Assembly: GCF_009914755.1 (NCBI RefSeq)
Contig: NC_060930.1
DNA: 64,000 nt
Strand: one strand, 5' to 3'
From: the human T2T-CHM13v2.0 reference genome, Homo sapiens
Shown here: positions 28,253-39,340 of the stretch, piece by piece
Position numbering within the stretch: position 1 is the stretch's first letter
Layout of the letters: every line of letters begins with the position of its first letter
Position numbers and translations under genes: made by a program
Notes under the pieces: model-generated
Databases searched by the model: none
The model's input: the letters and a program-made list of their open reading frames with translations, nothing else
What the model was told of the DNA's origin: nothing

Positions 28253-29429
28253 TCATATTAATGACTTATCTTCCAGCATTTTATCAAATAATGAGAAAAC
28301 AATAAATCTATGTTTTCCCACTCAATATATAATGAAATATCAAAAATCAATGTGATGATTTTACAATGTGCATCCTGTAATAGAAGATGTCCACAGTTTA
28401 TGTATGGCCTTTTGTGTGGCTTTGGAGACCAAACAAATACATTTTCATCCTGTTTAAAAAATTATAAGTTATTATAACAACTCAAGATAATTAACAAAAA
28501 TATTTAATAGCCGCATCTGAAAAAAAAAACCCAAACAAATTGTCGAGGAAAGTCACAATACTTAAGGCTGAATGGTATTAAGTAGAAACAAAATTATAAT
28601 AATGATTTAAGTAGTAATGAGAATAGCTGCAAATTATAAATCATAAATTCAGACATGATTTGAGTTACAGACAATACTGAAAGCTCCAGGATTGAAAGAT
28701 TATTTGAACAGAGTGACTTTCCTGCTTAGAGTTTAAAAGTTTATACACCTAAATTTTCATCATGAATCAACTTCTTAAAAATTAAAACCCTCAAAGTGAG
28801 TTGACTTATGAAAATAAGCATTAAAAACTTTTCATTTTTTTTTTACATTCTTTCAAAGGGTTCTTTATAGACTGTCCATGTCTTTACAATCAAATATCTT
28901 CTAATTGTATATTACTACCTTGGCTTCTAATTAGTTTCCCCTCCTTAACAAGCAAGGAAATGGAACAGGTAATATCTAAAATTAAAGTAAAACCATGGAA
29001 TAGTTCTAGGACTCTGACCAAAGGTAATATGAAAAGCACCTTTCAGCAGCTAATCACAGAAAATGTTGCTTTTGGGTCCTCAGAGGAAAGCACCACAGTC
29101 CGTCTCATGAAGGCTCTGACATAGACTGACCTTTTCCAAAGCACTCTAGTGGGGGAACAGAGTCCATCAGCTGTCCAGCTTGAAGAAAGAGTCAATGAAA
29201 TTCAAGGTTTTTCTTTTAGACAGAGGAAAAATTATGTGCATAATGTTTCAGAATTTCAGCAAGGCATTTATTTGACAAAGTCTTGTAGGCTGAATGTAGA
29301 TTTCCTCTAACATTAGATCTCCATAGTATATTCTAGTAGAAATAGTTGTAATAGCAGTTGAGACCATTAATTTAGTATTTGTCTCATGTAGGCTCAAAAG
29401 TCTAGGACCTTACATTATACAGTCTTAAC

Positions 29430-29560
29430 TCCAATTCTGTATTATGAGCTCCACTTAGATGAGGAAATAGTTTCAACGAAGTGAAATGGTTTGCTCAAGG
29501 ATACGCAGCTGGAATTCAAACCAGTCTGGCTCCAAAACCCTAACACTGAAACCCTACTAA
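29430..29560 (-). mobile_element. MIR fragment
   Basis: agatgaggaaatag...aagtgaaatggtttgctcaaggatacgcagctggaattcaaaccagtctggctccaaa. Confidence 0.7.
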
Positions 29561-30634
29561 AACAGTTAAGGGAGAACCAAATGACCCTTCTTCACCCAGA
29601 GCAAAGAATACATCTACAAAAATTTTGACATAAAGCATATTTAATTAATAACCTTCATTGCTTCCCCACTAGATAAATAAGTCTTTTGTGTGTCTGCATC
29701 AAGGTTATTTGCAGAAGAGCCTACACAGTTTCTGAGTTGCACCCTCTCTTCCTCTTTTAATAATTATATAAGTGAAATTTCCAACTGTAGCAAATTTGAT
29801 GGAAAACACAAACTGTACTGGAAAGGAGTTGTTCTATTCAGTGTTTCTCTGTGATTGAAGGGCAGGGAGTGGCTCTGGCCTCAAGGTTTAGTGCTTGATT
29901 ATTTATGAGAACTAAATAGCTGACATACCTGCTCCACTACTAAATTCTGCCTCTCTGAGTCACAGATGGTCTGCCAGAGGAGAATAAAGGTAGCAAAGAA
30001 GAAAGACAATAATCCCTATCTACCTCATTCTAACATTATTTATGCCTGCAACATTAACTATGGAATGCGAATGCTGCATGTGAGAATATCATATGATTCC
30101 ACTCAGAATTCAAAAAAGCTTTAACACACAGTCGTGGATCATCTCAGGAGGTATGGCATACAATTGACAATAAACAGGGATTTGAAAAATATATTGCTCT
30201 TCATTTTGCTCTACATACTTGCATATATTCTTCTCGTTCCCATACTGAATTTTTTCATTGGCAATTGCAGTCCGCAGTTCATATTGTGATCTGAAAGTGC
30301 TGCTTTTTCTTGTTTTAGGGGCTTCTGTTTTCTGGGTAATTTTTGTTTCTTAATTTCAATTTTCTCTAAAATGGTTTTAATATATCACCTGAAATTATTG
30401 ACCCATGTACAATTTAAGGATTTTTTCTTTCAGCATGCCATGCTTATATTTACCACTTTATTTCACCAACTCCTGAAGTAATTATCTCTCACACTAAATT
30501 ATTATTCTCTCTTGAATTTTACTATAAATTAACTAAATAATACAAAGATTAACATATATATCAGTAACTTGCACTGAAATTGAAGTAATTCTAGAACACT
30601 TGCTGACTAAACAACCAATGTTTATTTATCTACT

Positions 30635-31121
30635 TGTGCCAAATATCTTCCATTTGTACCTCAAGATCCACTCTCCACATTTCCCTATTCTGCTATTCTC
30701 ACCAAAAGACTAACTTTTAGGAACTGCACCAATGGGTTCTGTGGCTCTCTGGCTTTCAGTGAGGGTGAACCAATGGAAGACCAAAGCATATGGTCTGGGT
30801 ATTTATCCCTTGGTATCTGTATCCCCCCCGCTGAGTATCTAAGGATTAGATGCATGGCATCTTTCTCCCAATGCCACAGTTTCTGTCAGGGCACCTTCCC
30901 CACATATCTCTCCTCTGAGCTTTCTGGTAACTATGCCCCCTGCCCAGGAGTAGTGAAGGCTACCCTGCCATCCCAAGATACTATATGATCCCTTGTTTTG
31001 CTGCAACAAAACAAAACAAAACCTCTGCCCACAACACTATAAACATTATAACATCATTTAAACTCTCCTAAATAATTCAGTTTGCACATTCTGTCTCTTT
31101 TCTTCTGGAAATGCTGATACA
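30635..31121 (+). mobile_element. LTR33-like ERVL solo LTR
   Basis: agatccactctccac...gctctctggctttcagtgagggtgaaccaatgg...ttaaactctcctaaataattcagtttg...gctgataca. Confidence 0.7.
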
Positions 31122-31195
31122 TCTCAGTGGGTGGGGCAGGCGGGAAGGGATGAATGGGACATGGTTTCTGTTGCCACAACATGTAATCAAACATG

Positions 31196-31371
31196 TAGGA
31201 CTAGCATCACGGGCAAGTGACCTGCGCAGTTGCACAGGGTCCCGGGCTTAGAAGGGCCCTGCTCTTGGTGTAATACTCTGCTGCCACCATCTTGAAATTC
31301 TTAATAATTTTTGAATAAGGGGCTTGCATTTTCATTTGCATCAGGGTCCACAGATTATGTAGCTGCTCATG
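31196..31371 (+). mobile_element. MER91-like hAT MITE
   Basis: gacctgcgcagttgcacagggtccc...ttagaagggccc...ctctgctgccaccatcttgaaattcttaataatttttgaa...gcattttcatttgca. Confidence 0.8.
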
Positions 31372-31379
31372 CAGATTAT

Positions 31380-31550
31380 CTCAACATTCATCGAGGAAGG
31401 TGATCTTATTATCTGCACTTTTTAGATAAGCAACCAGACGCACAAATAAATTAAATAACTTGCTCAAGTTCACGCTGCTAGTAAGCGTGGAATATGGGAT
31501 TCCAATCCAAGCATTCTGGCTTCCTGTATACTACTCTATTTCTGCCATGG
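31380..31550 (-). mobile_element. MIR
   Basis: ttttagataagcaacc...ttaaataacttgctcaagttcacgctgctagtaag...gggattccaatccaagcattctggcttcc. Confidence 0.75.
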
Positions 31551-34500
31551 AAGCACAGAAAAGAAAGCAACTAAATTTAATTTATAATTGAACTTTAAAG
31601 TCATGTGAGCAGTAATATGCCATGAACTGAAGATTCTGGAGATGGCTGTGTCTCCTATATAGAAAGGGTAATCACAGAGTCAGAACAACAAATAACATTG
31701 AACTTTTCATGTCATTATAGCATTAAAATAGCTGAAGGATTTTGTACATGTTAATAAATCTTTTCTTGATTTAGACATGTGTTATAGTCCTGAATAAAAT
31801 CTAAATAGGATTTACATCTGTTGATCCTGACATTTTAAAACTATTTTCTTTATTCCTAACAACTCCAGGAAACCTGTTTAACAAGAACAATAAAAGTTGC
31901 TAATTTTTTTTCTAGAAAGAAATTGAACAAACACAATATTGAAGACAAGGATCTTCATTGTCTTAGAAGTCATAAAACAGCACAACCTCCAGTTTAATTT
32001 CAACATCCAACTATTCAGAATTATACAAGGTTTTAGTTTCTAAGAGTTATGTAATATGTATTTAATTCACTGCCTTCCAAGCCGAGGTTAATGCATTCTT
32101 TTTGATTTATGGGGTTTTTTGTTTGTTTGTTTTTGTTGTTTTTTTCTCCCCAAACCACTAAAGACCTTTCTTACTAATCTACAAATAGTCATTTTTTTCT
32201 CTTTTTAAACATTGTACATTTTCATAGATTTTGTTTCTGCCTTTTAAAATTATCATTTATCCACAGCTTCTTGGTCAAGACTCATACAAACTAGGTGTTA
32301 CTACTACTTGGTTATGCAGATTGTTTTAAACATCTCTGAAAAAGTCAGGTGAATACTCCACCATTATTTTTATCTTACTGTCAGACTTTGTGAGCTGAAT
32401 CTTAAACATCCCAATCTGACATCAAAATCAAAACAGATCCCTTTTTCCTCTAAATAAATGAGCTGTTTGTCAGGGCTGACTAGTGTGTTTTAAAGGATAT
32501 CTTAGCCAAGGGTATTATTTTAAGAGATGAGCAAATGGGGAAACCCCACGGCCCAGCCAATAAAATATGAACTTAAGGTGCAAAGAAGCACTCATAAATA
32601 TTACTTAGAACAAGGGATTCATTGTTTCTCTCCAACCCTTTCAGTGGTTCCTCTGATCTCAGCCCCTCTCCTGTGCGTCAGGGAAGCCTCTTCCTTTAAC
32701 CTGTGGTTTTTTAAAGCTGAGCTACTACATTATTTATGACTGTAAATGTGAGTAGCTTGTCTGTATGCTCCTTGTACACACATACTGAGACAACCCCCTC
32801 CTTCCCCACTTCGGTATTTTAGTGTGTAAGGATGAAAGGGTTTTCCCCTCGAGCTGATGTGGTTGGGGATGTTGAATTAGCTGCTGTTTGGTATGAGGTA
32901 GACTGAGGATTTCCCAGCATCTCCTCCACCTGTACAACTGAAAAACCAGCCTTTAATGACTCATTTCATTCCTTTTCTTTCTTTCAGGCTCTTTTTCAAA
33001 AATATTTTCTTTCTTTCTCTGTCTCATCCTTATTCTTGTATGCCTCTATATCTCACTCTTCGTCTCTTTATTCTTTCTCATTATCTCTTTTCAAAAAAAA
33101 ATAATTTCTTCATGGAAGTGACAGAATATTAAATAAGGATAATAAACACAAAAGCTTTTTATAAACTAAACAGGAATGGCATGTTTGATGAGTGTTATTT
33201 TTGTTCATTGTTGATTTCTTTTTCTTTCTTTTACTTTTCTTGAAATTTTCCCTTTTAAATGTTATTTTATAAAATAAAGGCAAAACACAATTAAATTCTG
33301 TCAATGGGATCCTTAGGGAGAGATGAGGAGGCAAAGAAGAATGGGATGATGGAGAAACAATTACAGGGGATGGCAAGAGCCAGGGCAGCTCTGATGCCCT
33401 GGGGAGCTTTTCTCCCAGTGGGTGGAGGCTGCAGTTGGCACATCATAACCTTTTCCTTCTCAACTGGAGAGAAAACAGGAGAGTGTACCTCAATTCTCAA
33501 ACTGTAACTAATTGATTTTCAACTAATTTAAGCCTCTAGCAAACCAGGACGAAAGGCAGACCCCAGGAAGTGTGGGAGTGGTAAGGAGAGGGGTGCCAAG
33601 AGAGCCTGGGGCTACAGAGACCAAGAACAAGGAGGAAAGGCCAAAAAATACTGGGATGAGAAGGGAGGAGGGAGAGTGGTGATATTACAGAAAATGGAAG
33701 AATGAAAGGGAAGGAGAGGTGGCAGCTGAGGCAGTCCCAAGTCCTTCTTAGTTCCAGCTAATACGTCTCATTAAACTTTTAAAATTTGATATTTGTGAGT
33801 AACCACTACAATTTGAAAAAAAAAAAAAAAGCATTTAATTAAACTATGATTATAACTATCTCTGGCAACCCAGAGTTTGTCTGTCATGCCAATCACTTGA
33901 TAATCAACCATCTTTAAAGGAGAAAAAGAATCCCGTTGGTCGTGATTATGAATGTGAAGTGTTGTTGAAGAAGAGAGAAAAAGGTCTCCTCACTCAGCAA
34001 TATTTTTCTCTTCAAAAGTTAAAACTTTTACAGAATGATTGTTGCTTTACCCATTATTAGCATTAGTTACTCCAGGCATAATTTATGAATATATACTATA
34101 ATGGCTTTATATTATCTTTCCTTCCAACCCATCCCCCTTCAAAAAAAACTTCCATGTGTTTATGGGTGTGTTTATGTTACACAAGTGTTAATAACTCTGT
34201 TGGAGAGACTACATAGATAGGCATCTTTAGGTAGATTTGTATATAAATTACTTTCCACTGGGCACTTGATTCAGCCAAAAACAATAATAAATTATCAATG
34301 ATGTCTTTCAAATCTGTCAACTGAGAACATAAAGCATTTTTTCCTTCCAGTACCAAGAGAACTTAATGATTAGGGTAAGTAGGCAAAAAAGGTTTAGTTT
34401 TTGAAAGCGTTTTTCTTTCATGATAACAGACTAAATATGTTTTTATATTTAAAAAATTTAACAACACATTTAAATACTTTTGTGCTTGGAATTAAAACGT

Positions 34501-37500
34501 ATTCTTGAAATACATCTAAGAGAAAAACCATTAATAAACTCAAAGTTCAACTTTTTCCAGAGGAATATGTAGATACAAAGAATAATATAAAAGTAATTTT
34601 CCTGTTTTTACTTCCTCTAAAACATCTAGTGTTATGTCATTATGGTGATAATGTCACCAAGTAATCAAATAAAATTGGCTTCTAACTAAAAGATCTTAGA
34701 AATACACTACATGTTTTATTTGTGTAAACAAGAGATAAATATTGTAAGCAAATTATCTAATCATGTCTTTAACTTGTACTGGTATTTAATACATATACTA
34801 ACACTTAGCACTTTTGACAAAGAGATGGTTAAAAAAGAAAATAAAACTAAACAGAAAAACATTTTTATTACTAACAAAATAATATTATATTGACCAAGCA
34901 AAAGTTCCACTGATATTCAACAGTTTTAGGGAAAAAGCAAAGAATTCAATCTGTAAAATTTAATACTATGAGACTGATAAAAGTGGCCTAAGAATAATGA
35001 ATATGATCGAAGGAATATTTCTCTTCACACAGTTAATAATTTATATTTGTTTCTTCAAAATAAACGAGTCACTAAAATAAAGGTTAAAATGATATGTTTG
35101 GTTTCATATTCAGATGTCTGCATGCCTTAGGCAATTTATTTACTTTTTATTTTGCTTTTAGTAAATTCAAATCTATTTTTCACTTATGAATATAAAGCTA
35201 ATCTCATCTGAATTTTAAACAGTAGGTATTCTGTTAAACATGATTCTGAGTTTGGATTAAGTTTAATTGTTCTTCGTGACCAAAACTATGTTGAAAAAAG
35301 AATTTCTGAATGGCAAGGTACCTGTGGAAAATCCATTATTTGACTTGAAAAGGACAACACACAAGCATTTTTTAAAAGGATGCTACTAGATCCTTTTTAT
35401 ATAATTCTTCTAATTATGGGAAATGTCAACAGATTCTTTTCACATATTTAAATATCCAGGTGACTTCCTCAATACAAATCCCTTGCCTACTACTAATGTG
35501 ACTCATTTGTACTTAGTCTCAACTATATGCATGTCTTTTAAGACAGTGAAAAAATAAAATCTAATCCTTTTTAGTCTTATAAGAACATGAAATAAACTAC
35601 AGGTAATATTTGCTAACGGATATTACATTTAAAAAGCACTGGCACTCTTATTGCAGCTAATAATGTTATTACACTTTCACCTTTTCTGAGTATGCTTATT
35701 TATTTATTTGATTATAAAAGAAATGCAAAAGTTGAAGCTTTTTACTAAGCAGTGATCAACTATAAATCTTGAATGTATTTGAAGGCATGATCAAAGGATA
35801 ATTAAACTGTGGTTTAATTTTCCTTAAAGTCTACCAAGAAAAACTCACCTAGTATCAGAATCAGTTTGTCAGTAATTTCATGTAAGACATTTAGTTTGGA
35901 ATTATTAAATAAAGAAGAAACAACATAGTTTGTTATTGAATATAAAGCACTACTCAGAAGTTCAAGCATGATAAAAATAAACACACAGTTTCTCTAAAGC
36001 TTATAGCTAATATTGTTTCTCTAGAGTCAAATGAATAATTGTATTTCTTCATATAGGCAATAAACTAATAAACTGCTATGTTATTATAATCTGAACAATG
36101 TAACCAAAATGTCATTTATTTTTAAATGTGTTTCTCAATAATAAAAAAGTTATAGGAATCAATGAATAAAACTATTATTGGTTTTGACTTTCTTACTCTA
36201 TGTAGATTTATAAAAAGTAAACACATAAATCCAAAAATCATGCTTACACTTCTCTTGTGAATGATCAGAGCAATTCTAATAAAATATATTATGACATTCA
36301 TGACTGAGCTATCGTTTATTAAAATATGTAACATACATATGCTTCTTTGTCAGATTTTAGATGATATGACCTGATTTTCTCAATGGTTTATGAATATATA
36401 AATTTTGCTAGGTTGAAATTTTTCTATTAAAATATTTAAACTACTTTAAATTCTTGAATAATACTTTAGAAATGTTACAAAGCAAAATGTACCACAAGCT
36501 ACACTTGCATATCCCTTATACTAGGTAAAAGCAATCACATTAATTTGAAATTAAGCTATATTTTAATGACTAAAAAGTTCCATGTGAAGTCTGTTAATTA
36601 TACGTAGAAGAAAAGGCCTCCAGGACACCTGATTAGTGCAACAAATTATGACTTACTCACTTAATAATGAGACCTTTGTCTCTAGCAACATAAAACGTAC
36701 GATTTATTAAGTACCTTATCCTTCATGCTAGGATTGCTAAGAGCAAATGAGCAGAGTATATTAAGCAACATATATTATAAAAGCATACATGTGTTATTAA
36801 GATTTGTTGATAATCTGACTTTTCAAAGAATATTTCCTTTGAGATGTTACATGAGGAAGTTTTTAATTAAGTGTTTAATAAAACATGTTAATTTTAAGTC
36901 AAAGCAGATTGCATTTTTAAAACAAAGTTCTAAAAGCTATAACATCATAAAGTTCTCAATTCTTCCCAGTGGATTAAATTTGTTGATAGAGTTTTTAATC
37001 TTCAAACATAAAATATATTCGATGTTATTTTCCTTTGACTGCCAGAGATAGTAAATTTCACCTTCAATTTTTACTAAAACATTTAAAGAAAACAACAGCC
37101 CTTATAAAATAATTTGAAATTGGTAATCCATAATATTATTGTGAGAGGGAATATTGGGAACTAAATTATCATTTGACATTATCAGTATTTAAAAACCACC
37201 ATGAAGTACCAGCTACAACTAAAACATAATTTTAAAATTTTCTCATTAATATTGTTGTGGTTTACAGAAAATTTCAAATATTTTATCTCATATAGAAGGA
37301 AAATTTTGTATAGATAAAGACCACTAAAGCATGTTTTACATTTTTCTTGCCTGTGAAAAAAATCAAGTAGCTATAACATACTTTACTCATTACAGTTAAG
37401 AACTGTTAGATTGAAACTTTATTTCTGAAATATTTACTATAGAATTTCAGAATCCCTTCCTTGATTCCTTGATAGTAATCTTTTATGGTGCTATTCAATC

Positions 37501-37989
37501 TTGGTTAATTTTACCTCTATATTTTTACAGTAGTTGCCTCCCCTAGATGAGAGATTTTTAAGTAGTATGTGAATATATACTTACATGTGCTTTAAATCAC
37601 TTAAAAAAAAAGTGCTTCCGAATGTCACTTTTACTTTCCCATCTGTAAGTGCTTCTTTTTTTTATTGTTGCCCATAGCATAGCTATCCTCATAAATTTCC
37701 CTGTTTTTAGACTATTGCCTTTGCATTCATATATTTAAGCGAGGTTGAAATTTTAACAAGATCTGAAAAGACCCACACTATAAGTGTTTAAATTTAACTA
37801 TTCATATTAAATATATATATATGACTTTTTGCCTAAGGCATCAATGAAAGAAAGAAAACAGAAGCTAAACAGGAGAGTTAGAGAAAATGTCTTTATATAA
37901 ACATGACCACCTACCAAGCAGCTCCTTTACCATTAGGGAAAACTTCCACTTTGTAATAACATAGATTAACAAACAAATGAACAACATAC

Positions 37990-38479
37990 CTAAGTTGACA
38001 AAGCTCATGACCATGTCAGCATCATTCAGAAAGTTGGTATCATGGAGGCTGGCTAGAGGAGGACTCTGGGTGGTCAGAGGAGTCGTCCGAGATAACTGTA
38101 TGCGACGAGGATACCCATTGGGAGAGGCTGGGTATCCCTTTCTTGCCCCTCTGGTCTCTTCTGCCAAGGATGCCCTTACTGAGTACTCCGACTCTTCAGG
38201 ATTTTCTTCATTGGTCATGGCATTGTAGAGATCCAGCATAAAGAGAGGTGCAGAGGACGCTTGTTTTCCAGGTGAAAATGGTCTGGGTCTGTGAGGCAAA
38301 CCCAAGATAGAGAGAATTTCCCTTTGTATTTCCCGTCTTTCGTGGTTCCGTAGTCTTCTATAAATAAAGCTGGAGTGAACATGATTGTCTCCCAAACCTC
38401 CTTTTGCATAACCCACTAGAACCCAGCAGCTCCAGAGGAAACCCACAATACCCTTAAGTAAAAATACAGTCAGATGCAT
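37990..38479 (-). CDS. BMP5: Bone morphogenetic protein 5, coding part of exon 1 (codons 1-163 plus first base of codon 164): signal peptide and N-terminal TGF-beta propeptide
   Basis: Translation [28 protein letters not shown]...[28 protein letters not shown]...[13 protein letters not shown]...[14 protein letters not shown] is the recognisable BMP5 N-terminus (BMP5/6/7/8 prodomain motifs). ATG at 38479 in context ggacaaaaATGC (A at -3). Homology ends at AAC TTA G|GTATGT, a canonical donor with GT at 37989-37988. Confidence 0.98.
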
Positions 38480-39204
38480 TTTTGTCCAAAAGCAAAAGTT
38501 GATATTTTTAGTCCTTCTTGTCCTCTTAAAAAAAAAAAAAACCTAAGGTTCTAGGAGGTACAGTTTCCCAGTAGCTGAAAAAACAAATTTACCTATTTTT
38601 CATGACAGTGACATTTCTGAGCACAACATCCTCACCGATTTTCCTGTCCTATTTTAAATATTTTGGAATATGTCAAGAGTAGTTATTTCTAAGAAAGCTG
38701 AAACTCAGATTTCCAATTATCCACAGTTGTTAAGAGTTTTTGCTGCATTGATGTAGCAGAAGACGGCTAATATTATTTGATCAGATGACCTATGCATTCC
38801 TATATGAATTTATGATAATCAGGCCTTTGGTATTTGAATTAGCAAAAGTTGATCTTCTGATAAACTGTAGTTCCCAAAGTAATCTTCACTTGCTTTTGAG
38901 TTCTTCTCAACCCTTGAGCTCTTTCCAAAACAAATCCTGATTTCTGAATCACAGATCTATGCTGATCTGCACCTTGGTGTTGGAATATATATCTGTCCGG
39001 CAGCTTGGTGATAACTTTAACATCTTTTGTGTCGTCTTAGTGTAAAATAATACTCTAGGTTGTACTATTCAAGTAAATGTGTTTCCCTGAATTTACTTGA
39101 AATCCTTCCTGTAAGTCCATTCAATCCCTTTCTCCTTCTTACTGTTAATTCCACCTCCAGCAGGCACAAATATACCAGCCCTCTTCAAGAGAGATCTAAA
39201 GAGT
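38480..39204 (-). other. BMP5: BMP5 5' UTR (non-coding part of exon 1), ~725 nt
   Basis: Repeat-free sequence contiguous with the ATG; agrees with my recollection of a ~700-nt human BMP5 mRNA leader. The 5' end is placed at an Inr-like CTACTCT and is approximate. Confidence 0.8.
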
Positions 39205-39340
39205 AGTGTAAGCACAACCCTGCTGGGAAAGAAGAGGCTTCTCATTGTAATTTGAAACTGGTAAAGCAAAAAGAACTTAACCCTTTTGCTACCAGAAAAG
39301 TCTCCATTTTCACAATTTTATAACCACGCATCTAACATGA
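39195..39340 (-). promoter_or_regulatory. BMP5 core promoter region (no CpG island): Inr-like CTACTCT (A at 39204), TATAAAA at 39322-39316, adjacent TGCGTG
   Basis: Minus-strand CTACTCT fits YYANWYY. There is no TATA at -30 of this Inr, but a TATAAAA lies ~115 nt further upstream. Position is directly 5' of the leader. Confidence 0.6.

Noticed and set aside
37865-37989. Treating the full 204-aa ORF as the BMP5 CDS
   Set aside because: BMP homology stops at the GT donor at 37989; the remainder is intron 1 (kept only as a hypothetical isoform)
37977-38409. Overlapping ORFs 37977..38228(+) and 38215..38409(-)
   Set aside because: Shadow frames of the GC-richer BMP5 exon with no independent support
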